64,000 nt of DNA from Obrimoposthia wandeli (GCA_977020255.1 CDROCS010000253.1:2356001-2420000), one strand, 5' to 3'; positions 49,933-61,264 are shown, counted from the first letter of the stretch. Made by a program: numbers and translations. Notes: generated from the sequence alone by a model not told the origin.

Positions 49933-49990
49933 CAATCAGTTAAACGTATGCAATGCATCGTGGTAATGCAGAGCTAAAAAGAGGTTGGAT

Positions 49991-51541
49991 ATGAAAATTA
50001 GACGTTTTGTTGCCAAAGATATGCGCACAGCATTAGCGCAGATAAAAGAAGAGCTTGGCGTTGATGCGGTTATCATGTCCAATAAAAAAATTCCAGAAGG
50101 TGTGGAGTTAATGGCTGCTGTTGATTATAACCAAGCGGTGCCTCCGGCAAAATTTTCAGAACAGAAGCCTCAAGAAATCCAAGATCAGCAACATTCACCA
50201 AGTGCTAGAGAGATTAGCAATGACGTGGTAAAGCTTGGTCAACAAACACCGGTTAACATTAATAATTCATTATTAACTACCAATGAAAGTATGGCGGATC
50301 ATGCACCTGCTGATAGCTTATCAGCGTTACTTAGTCGTCAAGTGCAACAACCAGTTCCGCAACAATTAGCTTCACAACAAGAGCCAACTCATTTAGGCGA
50401 TGGCAGTATTGAGCAACAGTTAAAGAATTTCACCGACCGCCTAAGTCATTCAACTTCTGATAGTATGTCTGATAATGTACAACAACAACAGGCATCTAAC
50501 TCTGAAGATGCGCAATATAATAGTGACCTTATCACGGCCAATATATCCAACAATATGTCCTCTACAAGTCCTCTTGCTATTGGTATAAATGATGATGCAC
50601 AGGTATCTTCACAAGACTTTGCTAAAATGCAGCAAGAAATGGCTTCTATTCGTTCATTATTAGAGCATCAAGTTTCAGGTTTAATGTGGCAAGATATGGC
50701 GCAAAAAGATCCTCAACGAGCTGTCTTGGTAAATCGCTTACTTGCTTTAGGTTTAAATGAACAAATAGCGGATCAAATTGCAGGTTATGTTCCTGAGCAA
50801 TCCCATGAAAAAGAAGCTTGGCTACAAGCTACACAACTCATTGCTCAACAAATAAATACTACGCAGAATGATATAATCAATCGTGGCGGGGTGGTTGCTT
50901 TAGTGGGCCCTACAGGCGTAGGTAAAACCACTACTATTGCCAAGCTTGCAGCAGGTTTTTCACAAGTACACGGCAGCGATCAGGTTGCGCTCATTTCTAC
51001 TGATACTTTCCGTATTGCAGGCTTTGAGCAATTAGCAACCTATGGAAAAATTATTGGCTGTCAGGTGAGCCTTGCTAAAGACAGTAAAGCGTTAGATGTT
51101 ATATTACAGCAGTATTCAAAGAAGAAATTAATATTAATTGATACTGCTGGCATGGGACAACGGGATATGCGTTTAGCTGAACAATTAACCGCATTAGTTT
51201 CAAATGCTCGCGTAAGGATTCGAAATTATTTGGTATTAGCAGCGAATACTCAGCAGGGTGTCATGCAAGAAAATGTAGATCGTTTTAAAAAAGTACCATT
51301 GTCGGGTTGTATTTATACTAAACTTGACGAAAGTATCAGTATTGGTGAAATAATTACAACTTCGATTCAAAATGGCTTACCAATAGGTTATCTTACTGAT
51401 GGACAAAGGGTTCCAGAAGATATTAAAGTTGCAAATGCTGAGAAATTAGTTACTCTTGCAGATAAGATGGCGATTAAGTCAGTAAATAATAATGTCACTG
51501 TATTGCGGCCGATGCCTGTTGCACCCGCCGCAACTTTATAA
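49991..51541 (+). CDS. flhF: SRP-type GTPase FlhF
   Basis: 'MKIRRFVAKDMR', 'GPTGVGKTTT', 'DTFRIAG', 'TKLDE'; ATG 49991 after SD gagg. Confidence 0.96.
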   Translation: MKIRRFVAKDMRTALAQIKEELGVDAVIMSNKKIPEGVELMAAVDYNQAVPPAKFSEQKPQEIQDQQHSPSAREISNDVVKLGQQTPVNINNSLLTTNESMADHAPADSLSALLSRQVQQPVPQQLASQQEPTHLGDGSIEQQLKNFTDRLSHSTSDSMSDNVQQQQASNSEDAQYNSDLITANISNNMSSTSPLAIGINDDAQVSSQDFAKMQQEMASIRSLLEHQVSGLMWQDMAQKDPQRAVLVNRLLALGLNEQIADQIAGYVPEQSHEKEAWLQATQLIAQQINTTQNDIINRGGVVALVGPTGVGKTTTIAKLAAGFSQVHGSDQVALISTDTFRIAGFEQLATYGKIIGCQVSLAKDSKALDVILQQYSKKKLILIDTAGMGQRDMRLAEQLTALVSNARVRIRNYLVLAANTQQGVMQENVDRFKKVPLSGCIYTKLDESISIGEIITTSIQNGLPIGYLTDGQRVPEDIKVANAEKLVTLADKMAIKSVNNNVTVLRPMPVAPAATL

Positions 51542-51587
51542 GACTTTAGCGAATAGCTAAATATATATAATTAGAAGTAATAATTAA

Positions 51588-52430
51588 ATGATAGATCAAG
51601 CGAGCGGCCTAAGAAAAATGCAAGGTTTACAGCAAGTTAAAGTGGTAGCGGTTTCTGGCGGAAAAGGCGGTGTGGGTAAAACCAACACCTCGCTGAATAC
51701 CGCTATTGCGCTAGGACAACTAGGCAAGCGGGTTTTGGTACTCGATGCCGATTTAGGCCTTGCCAATGTAGATGTAATGCTAGGATTAAGGGTTAAGCGT
51801 AATTTATCTCATGTATTATCAGGCGAGTGTGAACTCGATGATATTATTATTGAGGGTCCTGCTGGCATAAAAATTATTCCTGCAACATCTGGTTCACAAT
51901 CAATGGTGGATTTAACGCCATCTGAACATGCTGGCCTCATTCGAGCCTTCAGTGAAATGAAAACGCAGTTCGATGTGCTTATTGTTGATACGGCGGCTGG
52001 TATTTCTGATATGGTCTTGAGCTTCACTCGTGCTGCGCAGGATGTCATATTAGTGGTTTGTGATGAACCAACTTCAATTACAGATTGTTATGCTCTGATG
52101 AAATTATTGAGCCGTGATCACGGCGTATTCAAATTTAAAGTTGTTGCTAATATGGTGCGTAGCCCTAAAGAGGGTCAGCAGCTTTTTGCAAAGTTAACTA
52201 AAGTAACCGATAGATTTTTAGATGTAGCAATAGAGTTAGTTGGCGTTATCCCATTCGATGAAAATGTTAGGAAATCTGTTCGTAAACAACAGGTTATAGT
52301 TGAGGCTTTCCCGCAATCACCCGCTTCGTTGGCTTATGTTGATTTAGCAAAGAGGGTTAGCCAATGGCCAATCCCCAAACAAGCTTCGGGACATTTAGAG
52401 TTTTTTATTGAACAGTTATTAGGTAATTAA
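51588..52430 (+). CDS. flhG: MinD-like flagellar number regulator FlhG/FleN
   Basis: 'DQASGLR', 'SGGKGGVGKT', 'DADLGLANV'. Confidence 0.96.
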   Translation: MIDQASGLRKMQGLQQVKVVAVSGGKGGVGKTNTSLNTAIALGQLGKRVLVLDADLGLANVDVMLGLRVKRNLSHVLSGECELDDIIIEGPAGIKIIPATSGSQSMVDLTPSEHAGLIRAFSEMKTQFDVLIVDTAAGISDMVLSFTRAAQDVILVVCDEPTSITDCYALMKLLSRDHGVFKFKVVANMVRSPKEGQQLFAKLTKVTDRFLDVAIELVGVIPFDENVRKSVRKQQVIVEAFPQSPASLAYVDLAKRVSQWPIPKQASGHLEFFIEQLLGN

Positions 52431-52469
52431 CTGACCAATTTAACATTATATCAGTGAGAGCAATATTAC

Positions 52470-53189
52470 GTGGTAAAAGCGAATAGCTATAATAATCAAA
52501 TTGATAAAACAGCTCTTCTTGAACAACAAACTGTTTTAGTTAAGCGCATTGCTTATCATCTTTTAGCAAGGCTTCCTGCAAGCGTTCAAGTAGATGACTT
52601 GATACAATCAGGAATGATTGGTTTATTTGAAGCGGCAAATAATTTTGATAACAGTAAAGGCGCGAGTTTTGAAACTTTTGCTGGAATTCGAATCCGTGGC
52701 GCCATGTTAGATGAAATACGTCGAGGTGATTGGACACCACGATCTGTTCATAAAAATAGCCGAATGATTAGTGGAGCGATAAAACAACTTGAGGCACAAT
52801 TTGGTCGAGATGTTTCTGATATTGAAGTTGCTGAAAAACTTGATATTTCACTCAATGACTACCATCATATATTAAGTGAAGTGAGTACAGGAAAAATTCT
52901 CGGCATTGATGATCTTGGCGTTAATGAAGATGCTATAAAATTGAGTGATGACTGTCTCGGAGATGATCCATATCAACGTATTGAGCAGATTGCCTTTAAA
53001 AAGGGCTTAAGCGAATGTATTAAGTCTTTACCGGAACGAGAAGCTCTAGTACTGTCTTTATATTATGATGAAGAATTAAATTTACGAGAAATAGGGCAAG
53101 TGCTCGATGTGAGTGAATCACGGGTAAGTCAAATTCATAGTCAAGCGATGCATCGTTTAAAAGCACGTATGCAATCTTGGAGAAGTTAA
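52470..53189 (+). CDS. fliA: Flagellar sigma factor sigma28
   Basis: 'DDLIQSGMIGL', 'RIRGAMLDE', 'SESRVSQIHSQA'. Confidence 0.97.
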   Translation: MVKANSYNNQIDKTALLEQQTVLVKRIAYHLLARLPASVQVDDLIQSGMIGLFEAANNFDNSKGASFETFAGIRIRGAMLDEIRRGDWTPRSVHKNSRMISGAIKQLEAQFGRDVSDIEVAEKLDISLNDYHHILSEVSTGKILGIDDLGVNEDAIKLSDDCLGDDPYQRIEQIAFKKGLSECIKSLPEREALVLSLYYDEELNLREIGQVLDVSESRVSQIHSQAMHRLKARMQSWRS

Positions 53190-53302
53190 CTGGACTAATT
53201 GTAAGTTATTGATAGTTAAGTTTAAAATAAAAAACCTTATTAGGTAAATAATTAAAATGTTAGAAAAAATAATTAATTTTGAATGTCTCGCCGGAGGATG
53301 CC

Positions 53303-53686
53303 TTGGATAAAAATATGAAAGTGCTTGTAGTTGATGATTTTTCAACTATGAGACGTATAGTGAAAAACTTGTTACGTGATTTAGGTTTCACCAACATTCA
53401 AGAAGCTGATGATGGCAATACCGCGTTACCCATGCTTCAAGGTGGTAATTTTGATTTTGTTGTGACGGATTGGAACATGCCTGGTATGCAAGGTATAGAT
53501 TTGCTTAAAGCGATCCGTGCAGATGCTAATCTATCGCATATTCCCGTTCTGCTTATTACTGCGGAAGCTAAAAAAGAGCAAATCATTATGGCTGCTCAAG
53601 CAGGTGTAAATGGTTATATTGTTAAACCATTTACAGCCGCCACATTAAAAACCAAGTTAGACAAAATTTTTGAGCGCTTAGCTTAA
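53303..53686 (+). CDS. cheY: Chemotaxis response regulator CheY
   Basis: '[11 protein letters not shown]', 'TDWNMP', 'KPFT'; TTG 53303 after SD ggagg (ORF track starts at 53279). Confidence 0.97.
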   Translation: MDKNMKVLVVDDFSTMRRIVKNLLRDLGFTNIQEADDGNTALPMLQGGNFDFVVTDWNMPGMQGIDLLKAIRADANLSHIPVLLITAEAKKEQIIMAAQAGVNGYIVKPFTAATLKTKLDKIFERLA

Positions 53687-53758
53687 TGTGAAGGCCTTAG
53701 CTAACAGTAAGCTGTTAGCTAAATTAAGGTGTTGATAAATATTCTATAAGGACTTTGC

Positions 53759-54502
53759 ATGAGTATAGCTATGACGGGGCGGATCTCATTAGAGCAAGCA
53801 AAATCTTTGGTTGTTTTTTTAGAGTCTGATCAGCAAGATGCCGCGGATGCGGTTATTGCTGAGATTCAAAACCCAATCAATTCAGAACTTTTTGCAGAAA
53901 TTGGTAAATTAACTCGTCAACTTCATGACTCGTTGACAAATTTTCAACTAGATTCTAGATTGAATGATTTAGCTACGACAGATATCCCCGATGCGAAAGA
54001 GCGGTTGAATTATGTTATTACCAGAACAGAAGAAGCTGCAAATAAAACAATGGATGCCGTCGAGGCGATATTTCCTGTAGTTGATACTATTGCTGAGCAA
54101 GTGGCGACCGTCAATCCTTCGTGGACTAAGTTGATGAATAACGAGTTAGACTTAAAAGAGTTTAAATCGCTGTGCCTTGATATTGATACTTTATTAAAAA
54201 ATACTGGTAAAGAAACTCAGCATATTCATAGTTTAATGACCGATGTATTAATGGCACAAGACTTTCAAGACTTAACAGGTCAAGTGATTAGAAAAGTTAT
54301 TGAGTTAGTAAGAGAAGTTGAAGAAAGCTTAATCAATATGTTGACAGCTTTTGGTATCTCTGCAGAGAAAGCGCAAGAAAATTCTCGTCCTAAAGTAGGT
54401 GAAAACCTTGTTGAAGGGCCGATTGTAAATGCAGCAAACAGAGATGATGTAGTAGAAGATCAAGATGATGTTGATGATCTTTTATCAAGTTTAGGATTTT
54501 AA
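53759..54502 (+). CDS. cheZ: CheY phosphatase CheZ
   Basis: 'QDFQDLTGQVI', C-terminal 'DDVDDLLSSLGF'. Confidence 0.96.
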   Translation: MSIAMTGRISLEQAKSLVVFLESDQQDAADAVIAEIQNPINSELFAEIGKLTRQLHDSLTNFQLDSRLNDLATTDIPDAKERLNYVITRTEEAANKTMDAVEAIFPVVDTIAEQVATVNPSWTKLMNNELDLKEFKSLCLDIDTLLKNTGKETQHIHSLMTDVLMAQDFQDLTGQVIRKVIELVREVEESLINMLTAFGISAEKAQENSRPKVGENLVEGPIVNAANRDDVVEDQDDVDDLLSSLGF

Positions 54503-54515
54503 TGGGAGTTACTGA

Positions 54516-56669
54516 ATGTCTTTTGAAGTAGATGAAGAAATTTTACAAGACTTTTTAGTTGAAGCGGGTGAAATCTTAGAGTCGCTTTCAGAAGAGCTAG
54601 TTGAGCTTGAAAATGACGTAGATAATGCTGAGTTATTGAATTCTATTTTCCGAGGTTTTCATACGGTTAAGGGCGGGGCTGGTTTTTTAAGTCTGGGTCA
54701 TTTAGTTGATGTCTGTCATGGGGCAGAAAATATATTCGACTTATTACGTACTGGAAAACGCTCTGTCAATGCAGAACTTATGGATACCATTTTATCAGCA
54801 CTAGATACTGTCAATGATATGTTTGTGATGGTACAAAATAAGGAAGCATTAGTTCCGGCGGATGCTAATCTACTTGCTGAACTTGCTCGACTGAGTCATC
54901 CTGAGGACGCAAGTCAAGTTGACAATGTGGTGATAGCTGAAGTGATAGAACAACCCGTTGTTAGTCATGAACAATCAAGCTCAAGTGATGAAATGAGTGA
55001 AGATGAATTTGAACGGCTATTAGACGAACTACATGGCTCGGGCAGTGTTTCAGCAGCGCCAAATGTTACTAAACAAGAGCCTAATTCACCCTCTACTCAG
55101 AATATGGGTGGTTCAAGTGATGAGATTTCAGACGATGAATTTGAGTCATTATTAGATGAATTACATGGACAAGGTGCATTTTTAGCCAAGGCTGCGGACA
55201 CAACCAGTAGCGCTCTAAGTACTTCCAGCGATGATATTGATGACCTTGAATTTGAAAAGTTATTAGATGAGCTACATGGTAAAGGTAATGCGCCAAAATC
55301 AGTAGAAAGCTCGATAATTAATGACACGAGTAGCATTGTAACCCCTCCACCTGAAAAACAAGTACCAGCAAAGGTAGTAGCACCTAAAGTAACGCCTCAA
55401 ATACCTATACAGAAAAAAGTAAAGGAAATACCGGTAAAAGCAGCGGTTAAAAAAGCAGCCTCTACACCCGCATCTCAAAGTGAGACAACGGTTCGTGTCG
55501 ATACTAAACGACTTGATCAGATAATGAATATGGTTGGTGAACTCGTTTTAGTAAGAAATCGATTAACAAGCTTAGGTTTAATTTCTGATGACGAAGACCT
55601 GAATAAGGCTGTTACCAATTTAGATGCCGTAACTACAGACTTACAAGGTGCTGTAATGCAAACGCGTATGCAGCCGATTAAAAAAGTTTTTGGTCGCTTC
55701 CCTCGTGTTGTACGTGACTTAGCGCGTAGTTTAAATAAAGATATCTCATTGATTTTAGAAGGTGAAGAGACTGATTTAGATAAAAATCTAGTAGAAGCTC
55801 TTGCTGACCCCTTGGTACATTTAGTTAGGAACTCGGTAGATCATGGTATTGAAGCACCAGATGTTCGAGAAGCAATGGGTAAACCTAGGGAAGGTACGGT
55901 ACTTCTTTCTGCCTCACAAGAAGGTGATCATATACTGTTAACCATTAAAGATGATGGTGCAGGAATGGATGCTGAAAAATTGAAGAGTATTGCTATTGAG
56001 CGTGGCGTACTTGATGAAGAATCTGCTGCTAGGATGTCGAACAAAGAAGCGTATAGTCTTATTTTTGCACCAGGATTTTCTACTAAAACTGAAATTTCAG
56101 AAGTATCAGGCCGTGGTGTTGGCATGGATGTTGTAAAAACCAAAATTACACAGCTTAACGGTACGGTAAATATTGATTCAGAATTAGGTGTTGGTACTAT
56201 ACTCGAAATAAAAGTGCCATTAACCTTAGCCATACTACCAACATTAATGGTTATTGTTGGTAAGCAAACCTTTGCTTTACCGCTGGCTTCAGTAAATGAA
56301 ATTTTTCACCTCGATTTATCTAATACCAATAGTGTTGATGGACAATTAACCATTATCGTTCGAGAAAAAGCAATTCCGTTGTTTTATTTAGATCAATGGT
56401 TAGTGCGTAACTTCGTTAAAAAGTCTCGTGATAAAGGTCATGTAGTTATAGTGCAACTTGGCAATAAGCAAGTTGGGTTTGTTGTTGATAGCTTAATTGG
56501 TCAAGAAGAAGTTGTTATTAAACCTCTTGATAGGTTACTACATGGCACGCCAGGAATGGCAGGGGCGACTATCACAAGTGATGGTGGTATTGCGCTAATT
56601 TTAGATATAGCGAATATGCTTAAATTTTACGCAAAAAAATCACCGATTAATAAAAAATTGCGAAATTAG
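54516..56669 (+). CDS. cheA: Chemotaxis histidine kinase CheA
   Basis: HPt 'FRGFHTVKGGAG', 'HLVRNSVDHG', 'SGRGVGMDVV', CheW-like P5 domain. Confidence 0.97.
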   Translation: MSFEVDEEILQDFLVEAGEILESLSEELVELENDVDNAELLNSIFRGFHTVKGGAGFLSLGHLVDVCHGAENIFDLLRTGKRSVNAELMDTILSALDTVNDMFVMVQNKEALVPADANLLAELARLSHPEDASQVDNVVIAEVIEQPVVSHEQSSSSDEMSEDEFERLLDELHGSGSVSAAPNVTKQEPNSPSTQNMGGSSDEISDDEFESLLDELHGQGAFLAKAADTTSSALSTSSDDIDDLEFEKLLDELHGKGNAPKSVESSIINDTSSIVTPPPEKQVPAKVVAPKVTPQIPIQKKVKEIPVKAAVKKAASTPASQSETTVRVDTKRLDQIMNMVGELVLVRNRLTSLGLISDDEDLNKAVTNLDAVTTDLQGAVMQTRMQPIKKVFGRFPRVVRDLARSLNKDISLILEGEETDLDKNLVEALADPLVHLVRNSVDHGIEAPDVREAMGKPREGTVLLSASQEGDHILLTIKDDGAGMDAEKLKSIAIERGVLDEESAARMSNKEAYSLIFAPGFSTKTEISEVSGRGVGMDVVKTKITQLNGTVNIDSELGVGTILEIKVPLTLAILPTLMVIVGKQTFALPLASVNEIFHLDLSNTNSVDGQLTIIVREKAIPLFYLDQWLVRNFVKKSRDKGHVVIVQLGNKQVGFVVDSLIGQEEVVIKPLDRLLHGTPGMAGATITSDGGIALILDIANMLKFYAKKSPINKKLRN

Positions 56670-56752
56670 TGGATTACAAGTAAATCATTGAAATATATTG
56701 CAATAGTGTGAGTTTTTAGTGTAAATATAAATAGCATAAGCAGAGAGATTAA

Positions 56753-57892
56753 ATGGCCTACCAGGTACTTGTTGTTGATGATTCTAGTTTTTTTAGACGT
56801 CGAGTCACTGACATCCTTAATAAAGATCCAAAATTAAATGTTATTGATGTGGCTGTAAATGGCCAAGAAGCAGTAGAAAAAACTTTATTGCTTAAACCAG
56901 ATGTAATTACGATGGATATCGAAATGCCAATTCTTAATGGCATTGAGGCAGTCAGAAAAATTATGGCTCAATCTCCGACATCAATATTAATGTTTTCATC
57001 GCTAACCCATCAAGGAGCGAAAGCAACGTTAGAGGCACTTGATGCAGGTGCATTGGATTTTTTGCCAAAAAAATTTAGCGAAATAGCAAAAAATAGTGAT
57101 GAAGCTGGCAGTCTATTGCGTCAACGCGTCGTTGAAATAGCGAGAAAATCTGAATTTTCAAAACAACGCACACGTACTCGGCCAGCGGCAGTAAATATTA
57201 GTCCAAAGTCTTCGAGATTAATTGCAGATCAACATAGGCCATTAGCATCAACTTCTTCTTTAGTAACTAAAGATAAAAAAGTTATGGCTGCTATTACTCG
57301 AAGTTCGGGTAAAGAATATAAATTATTGGCAATTGGTACATCAACAGGTGGTCCAGTAGCCCTACAAAATATATTAGTCCAACTTGAAGAGAATTTTCCT
57401 TTACCGATCATAATCGTTCAGCATATGCCCGCAGCATTTACAGCAGCATTTGCTAGTCGCTTGAATTCTTTGTGTAAAATATCGATTAAAGAAGCCGCTG
57501 ATGGGGATGTTTTAAAACCCGGTTGTGCTTACTTAGCCCCAGGTGGGCGACAAATGCTTATTACCGGTAGTGAAAATTCAGCAAAAATTAAAATTTTAGA
57601 TGATGATTCTCCTAAAATAACCTTTAAACCCAGTGTTGATATTAGCTTTGGCTCAGCAGCAAAAACATTTGCTGGCAAAGTGCTAGGAGTGATCTTAACC
57701 GGAATGGGCTCTGACGGTAAAGAGGGAGCAAGAATGCTAAAAGCTAAAGGAGCGACTATTTGGTCGCAAGATGAAGAGTCCTGTGTCGTTTATGGTATGC
57801 CTCAGGCTATTGATAAAGCAGGTATATCTGTACTATCACTCTCTTTAGACTCTATGGCGGCATCCATAGTGAAGGAAACTAGTCGTGGATAA
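56753..57892 (+). CDS. cheB: Chemotaxis methylesterase CheB
   Basis: Receiver domain plus 'GTSTGGP', 'QHMP', 'LTGMGSDG'. Confidence 0.97.
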   Translation: MAYQVLVVDDSSFFRRRVTDILNKDPKLNVIDVAVNGQEAVEKTLLLKPDVITMDIEMPILNGIEAVRKIMAQSPTSILMFSSLTHQGAKATLEALDAGALDFLPKKFSEIAKNSDEAGSLLRQRVVEIARKSEFSKQRTRTRPAAVNISPKSSRLIADQHRPLASTSSLVTKDKKVMAAITRSSGKEYKLLAIGTSTGGPVALQNILVQLEENFPLPIIIVQHMPAAFTAAFASRLNSLCKISIKEAADGDVLKPGCAYLAPGGRQMLITGSENSAKIKILDDDSPKITFKPSVDISFGSAAKTFAGKVLGVILTGMGSDGKEGARMLKAKGATIWSQDEESCVVYGMPQAIDKAGISVLSLSLDSMAASIVKETSRG

Positions 57893-58631
57893 GCTGAGTG
57901 TTGCTGGACTCACAATTGCCATTCTAGCTGTTTATATAGGTTTTAGCTTAGATGGTGGTCACTTATCTGCTTTATTTGAACTCCCTGCTTTTATCATAGT
58001 ATTTGGCGGTACTTTAGGTGCCGTCATGCTGCAATCTTCCATGGTGCAATTTACCCATGCAATATCATTACTTAAGTGGGTTTTTTTCCCTCCCAAATAC
58101 AATATTGAGCAAGGGATTAGCGAGATTGTAATATGGGCAACCAAGGCAAGAGAGAAGGGCTACCTAGCACTCGAAGATACAGCACTTGAAATTGAAGACA
58201 GTTATACTCAAAAAGGTTTGAACCTACTCGTTGATGGTATTGAACTTGATAATTTTCGAGTTGCTTTAGAGTTAGATTTAGATATTTATCGCGAGCATAA
58301 TTTACGCTCTGCTAATGTTTTTGAGGCAATGGGTGGTTATAGCCCAACGATCGGTATTCTTGGTGCCGTGCTGGGTTTAATTCATGCAATGAGCAACTTA
58401 ACTGAACCTGACTTATTAGGGCAGGGTATAGCTACCGCTTTTATTGCGACAATATATGGTGTTGGCTTTGCAAATTTATTTTATTTGCCTATCGCAAATA
58501 AAATTCGATCTATAGTTCATGAACAAACCATGTACCGCGAAATGGTTTGTGAAGGATTAGTCTCTATTGCTCATGGAGACAATCCTCACGCGATAGAAAA
58601 TAAATTATCGGCCTTTAGGCTAGACCAATGA
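57885..58631 (+). CDS. motC: Stator A subunit (MotA family, MotC-like)
   Basis: '[10 protein letters not shown]', '[16 protein letters not shown]', 'AFIATIYGV'; position after cheB as in Pseudomonas. Confidence 0.8.
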   Translation: MDKLSVAGLTIAILAVYIGFSLDGGHLSALFELPAFIIVFGGTLGAVMLQSSMVQFTHAISLLKWVFFPPKYNIEQGISEIVIWATKAREKGYLALEDTALEIEDSYTQKGLNLLVDGIELDNFRVALELDLDIYREHNLRSANVFEAMGGYSPTIGILGAVLGLIHAMSNLTEPDLLGQGIATAFIATIYGVGFANLFYLPIANKIRSIVHEQTMYREMVCEGLVSIAHGDNPHAIENKLSAFRLDQ

Positions 58632-59617
58632 ACCGTTTGCGGAAAAGAAGACATGTGGTAGAGCATGATAACGTTCATCGCTGGTTAGTCTCTTATGCGG
58701 ACTATATGACACTAATGTTTGCTCTTTTTGTGGTGTTATATGCAATGGCTATGGTAAACGAAAAGCCTTTTGAAAGTATCACTGAATCCTTTGGCCGAGT
58801 GTTCCAAGCTTCTGAAGAGGAGACTAAAAATCGTGGTCATGGTGATGGTGTTTTAATGGTTAATACCAGTAAAACGAATAAAATATTATATGGAAATGGC
58901 ATCTTAGATGTTGCTGGGCCTGAGTTACTTAATAACGAAAAAAACTTATCTAATATCTCTGATGCAGAGGTAGGCAGTAACTTAAGCTCTTTAGAAGAAA
59001 AACTTCACACTGCCCTATATGATCTTATTGAATCCGGCTTTGCACAATTACAAATTGATGGTGACTGGTTAGAAATTGAATTAAATAGTGGTTTGTTATT
59101 CCCCAGTGGCTCATCATCGGCGACCCTCTCTGCTGAAGCTATTTTGACGGTGATTTATGACGTTATTGGTCAAGCAAGTAACTTCATTCGTATTAGGGGC
59201 TACACGGATAATCAAGTCATTAATAATGAAATCTATTCATCAAATTGGGAGTTATCTGTTTTTCGAGCTACTGCAATTTTGAGGGGGTTGGAAGGCTTGG
59301 GACTAAACCCTGCTCGTATGGCTATTGAAGGGTATGGACAATATTATCCTAGTGCAGATAATTTAACACCTAAAGGTAGAGCAAAAAATAGAAAAGTCGT
59401 TGTTGCTATTTCTAAGTATGGCTTAGAAAATGCCAACTTGCTGAAAACCCCAACAATAGCTTTACAAGAAATAGAAAATATAAAGGTAGCGGAAGACTCT
59501 AATGGACCAGATATAGATGAATCAAATAACATCAAGGTCATACGTTTAAAAGATGGTGGTATTCGTATCACAACTCGAAATGAAAATAATGAAGACGTTG
59601 AGAACAATCTTGAATAG
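58628..59617 (+). CDS. motD: Stator B subunit (MotB family, MotD-like)
   Basis: 'WLVSYADYMTLMFALFVVL' with the conserved Asp; OmpA-like 'GYTDN', 'NWELSVFRA', 'NRKV'. Confidence 0.8.
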   Translation: MNRLRKRRHVVEHDNVHRWLVSYADYMTLMFALFVVLYAMAMVNEKPFESITESFGRVFQASEEETKNRGHGDGVLMVNTSKTNKILYGNGILDVAGPELLNNEKNLSNISDAEVGSNLSSLEEKLHTALYDLIESGFAQLQIDGDWLEIELNSGLLFPSGSSSATLSAEAILTVIYDVIGQASNFIRIRGYTDNQVINNEIYSSNWELSVFRATAILRGLEGLGLNPARMAIEGYGQYYPSADNLTPKGRAKNRKVVVAISKYGLENANLLKTPTIALQEIENIKVAEDSNGPDIDESNNIKVIRLKDGGIRITTRNENNEDVENNLE

Positions 59618-59704
59618 ACCTTTCCAACGATAAATAAAGAATAATGAGATAGAGCAAAAAATCGTAAAAGCGATTAATAATCTTTAATTAAAAATAAGTG
59701 AGTA

Positions 59705-60499
59705 GTGCTCTTGGTAGTTTGGACTGTTGCAAATCAAAAAGGTGGTGTTGGTAAAACCACTACAACTATAGCGCTTGCTGGTATTCTAGCTGAACAAGGG
59801 CATCGAGTATTATTGGTTGACACTGATCCACATGCTTCATTAAGTTACTACTTTGGTATTGAGTCTGAAGATTTAGACCTTAGTGTCTATGAATTATTTA
59901 CCCAAGTATCTTCAAGAGAACAAATTCTACAAACCTTATGTCCAACTGATTACCCTAATATTGATATTTTACCTGCTACTATGGGCTTAGCTACTTTAGA
60001 TCGCTCTTTAGGTAATAAAGGAGGTATGGGATTAGTATTAAAAAAAGCAATACAAAAAGTAGCTGATAGCTACGATTATGTATTGATGGATTGTCCGCCA
60101 GTGCTTGGTGTACTTATGGTAAATGCCTTAGCTGCAGCCGATCGTATTATTATTCCTGTTCAAACTGAATTTTTAGCATTAAAAGGTTTAGAACGTATGG
60201 TTAAGACGATGGAAATAATGCAAGGGGAGCAAGATGCTCCATTTAAATATACAATAGTGCCAACCATGTTTGATAAAAGGACAAAAGCATCCATTTTAGC
60301 CTTTAAAAAACTACAGGAAGTCTATACTAATACTATATGGCCCGGAGTCATTCCCGTTGACACTAACTTGAGAAATGCGAGTTTCGTGCAAAAAGTACCG
60401 TCAGATTTTGCTGCGAATTCTCGAGGAACATTAGCTTATAAAAGCTTATTAAATTATTTAGTTAAGCAGAACATTAAGTACAAAGAGGTTGAAGGTTAA
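59705..60499 (+). CDS. ParA-family ATPase (ParC-like, chemoreceptor array positioning)
   Basis: 'NQKGGVGKTTT', 'DTDPHASL', 'DCPP'; lies within the che operon. Confidence 0.88.
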   Translation: MLLVVWTVANQKGGVGKTTTTIALAGILAEQGHRVLLVDTDPHASLSYYFGIESEDLDLSVYELFTQVSSREQILQTLCPTDYPNIDILPATMGLATLDRSLGNKGGMGLVLKKAIQKVADSYDYVLMDCPPVLGVLMVNALAAADRIIIPVQTEFLALKGLERMVKTMEIMQGEQDAPFKYTIVPTMFDKRTKASILAFKKLQEVYTNTIWPGVIPVDTNLRNASFVQKVPSDFAANSRGTLAYKSLLNYLVKQNIKYKEVEG

Positions 60500-61252
60500 A
60501 TGAGTGAATCATTAACGGCTAGTAAAAAGATAATGAAAAACTATTTATCTGAATTACTAACAGAGCCGGAGGTTGCTGAAGAGCTATCAAAAAAAAGTAT
60601 TGCTAAAAAAACGATCAGCAGACCATTAGCGCATAAAGAAAATCAGTCTTTAGAAAACTTATTGAAAACAGTAAATGTACCAAAAGAAAACACGATCAAA
60701 AAAGAGGTAAATGACAGTACTTTTACAGCGATTGATTTATTACCTATTTCCACTGAAAAAAGCCGCGCTGCAACGTCTAGTTCATCGGAGAAAAGCTACC
60801 GTCAAGGTGACTTTCAAGCCATGTTTTTTGATGTGGCAGGTTTAATTATTGCGGTGCCTCTAATTGAGTTAGGTGGGATTCATAAAATAGATAAAACGAC
60901 TAGTCTAATGGGTAAACCTGATTGGTTTAAAGGAATCATGCTTTATCGTGATGAAAAAATTAATGTTGTCGATACAGCATTATGGGTTATGCCAGAAAAA
61001 TGTGACGAAGCATTAAGAAGCTCACTAAACTATCAATATATCATTATGTTAAATGATAGTTCTTGGGGACTGATGGCTGAACATTTGGTCGATACTGTCA
61101 CATTGTCTCAAGATCAAGTGAAATGGCTAGACTCTAGTGATAAACGCCCATGGTTAGCGGGCTTAGTCAAAGAAAAAATGTGTGCTTTACTTGATGTAAG
61201 TGCTTTGATTGAATTGCTTGATAAAGGCAGTGATATCTATCAAGAACGGTAA
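60500..61252 (+). CDS. CheW-domain protein (ParP-like)
   Basis: Low-complexity N-terminus and C-terminal CheW-like domain 'FDVAGLIIAVPL', 'RPWLAGLVKEKMCALLDV'. Confidence 0.8.
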   Translation: MSESLTASKKIMKNYLSELLTEPEVAEELSKKSIAKKTISRPLAHKENQSLENLLKTVNVPKENTIKKEVNDSTFTAIDLLPISTEKSRAATSSSSEKSYRQGDFQAMFFDVAGLIIAVPLIELGGIHKIDKTTSLMGKPDWFKGIMLYRDEKINVVDTALWVMPEKCDEALRSSLNYQYIIMLNDSSWGLMAEHLVDTVTLSQDQVKWLDSSDKRPWLAGLVKEKMCALLDVSALIELLDKGSDIYQER

Positions 61253-61264
61253 ATAACCCCTATC

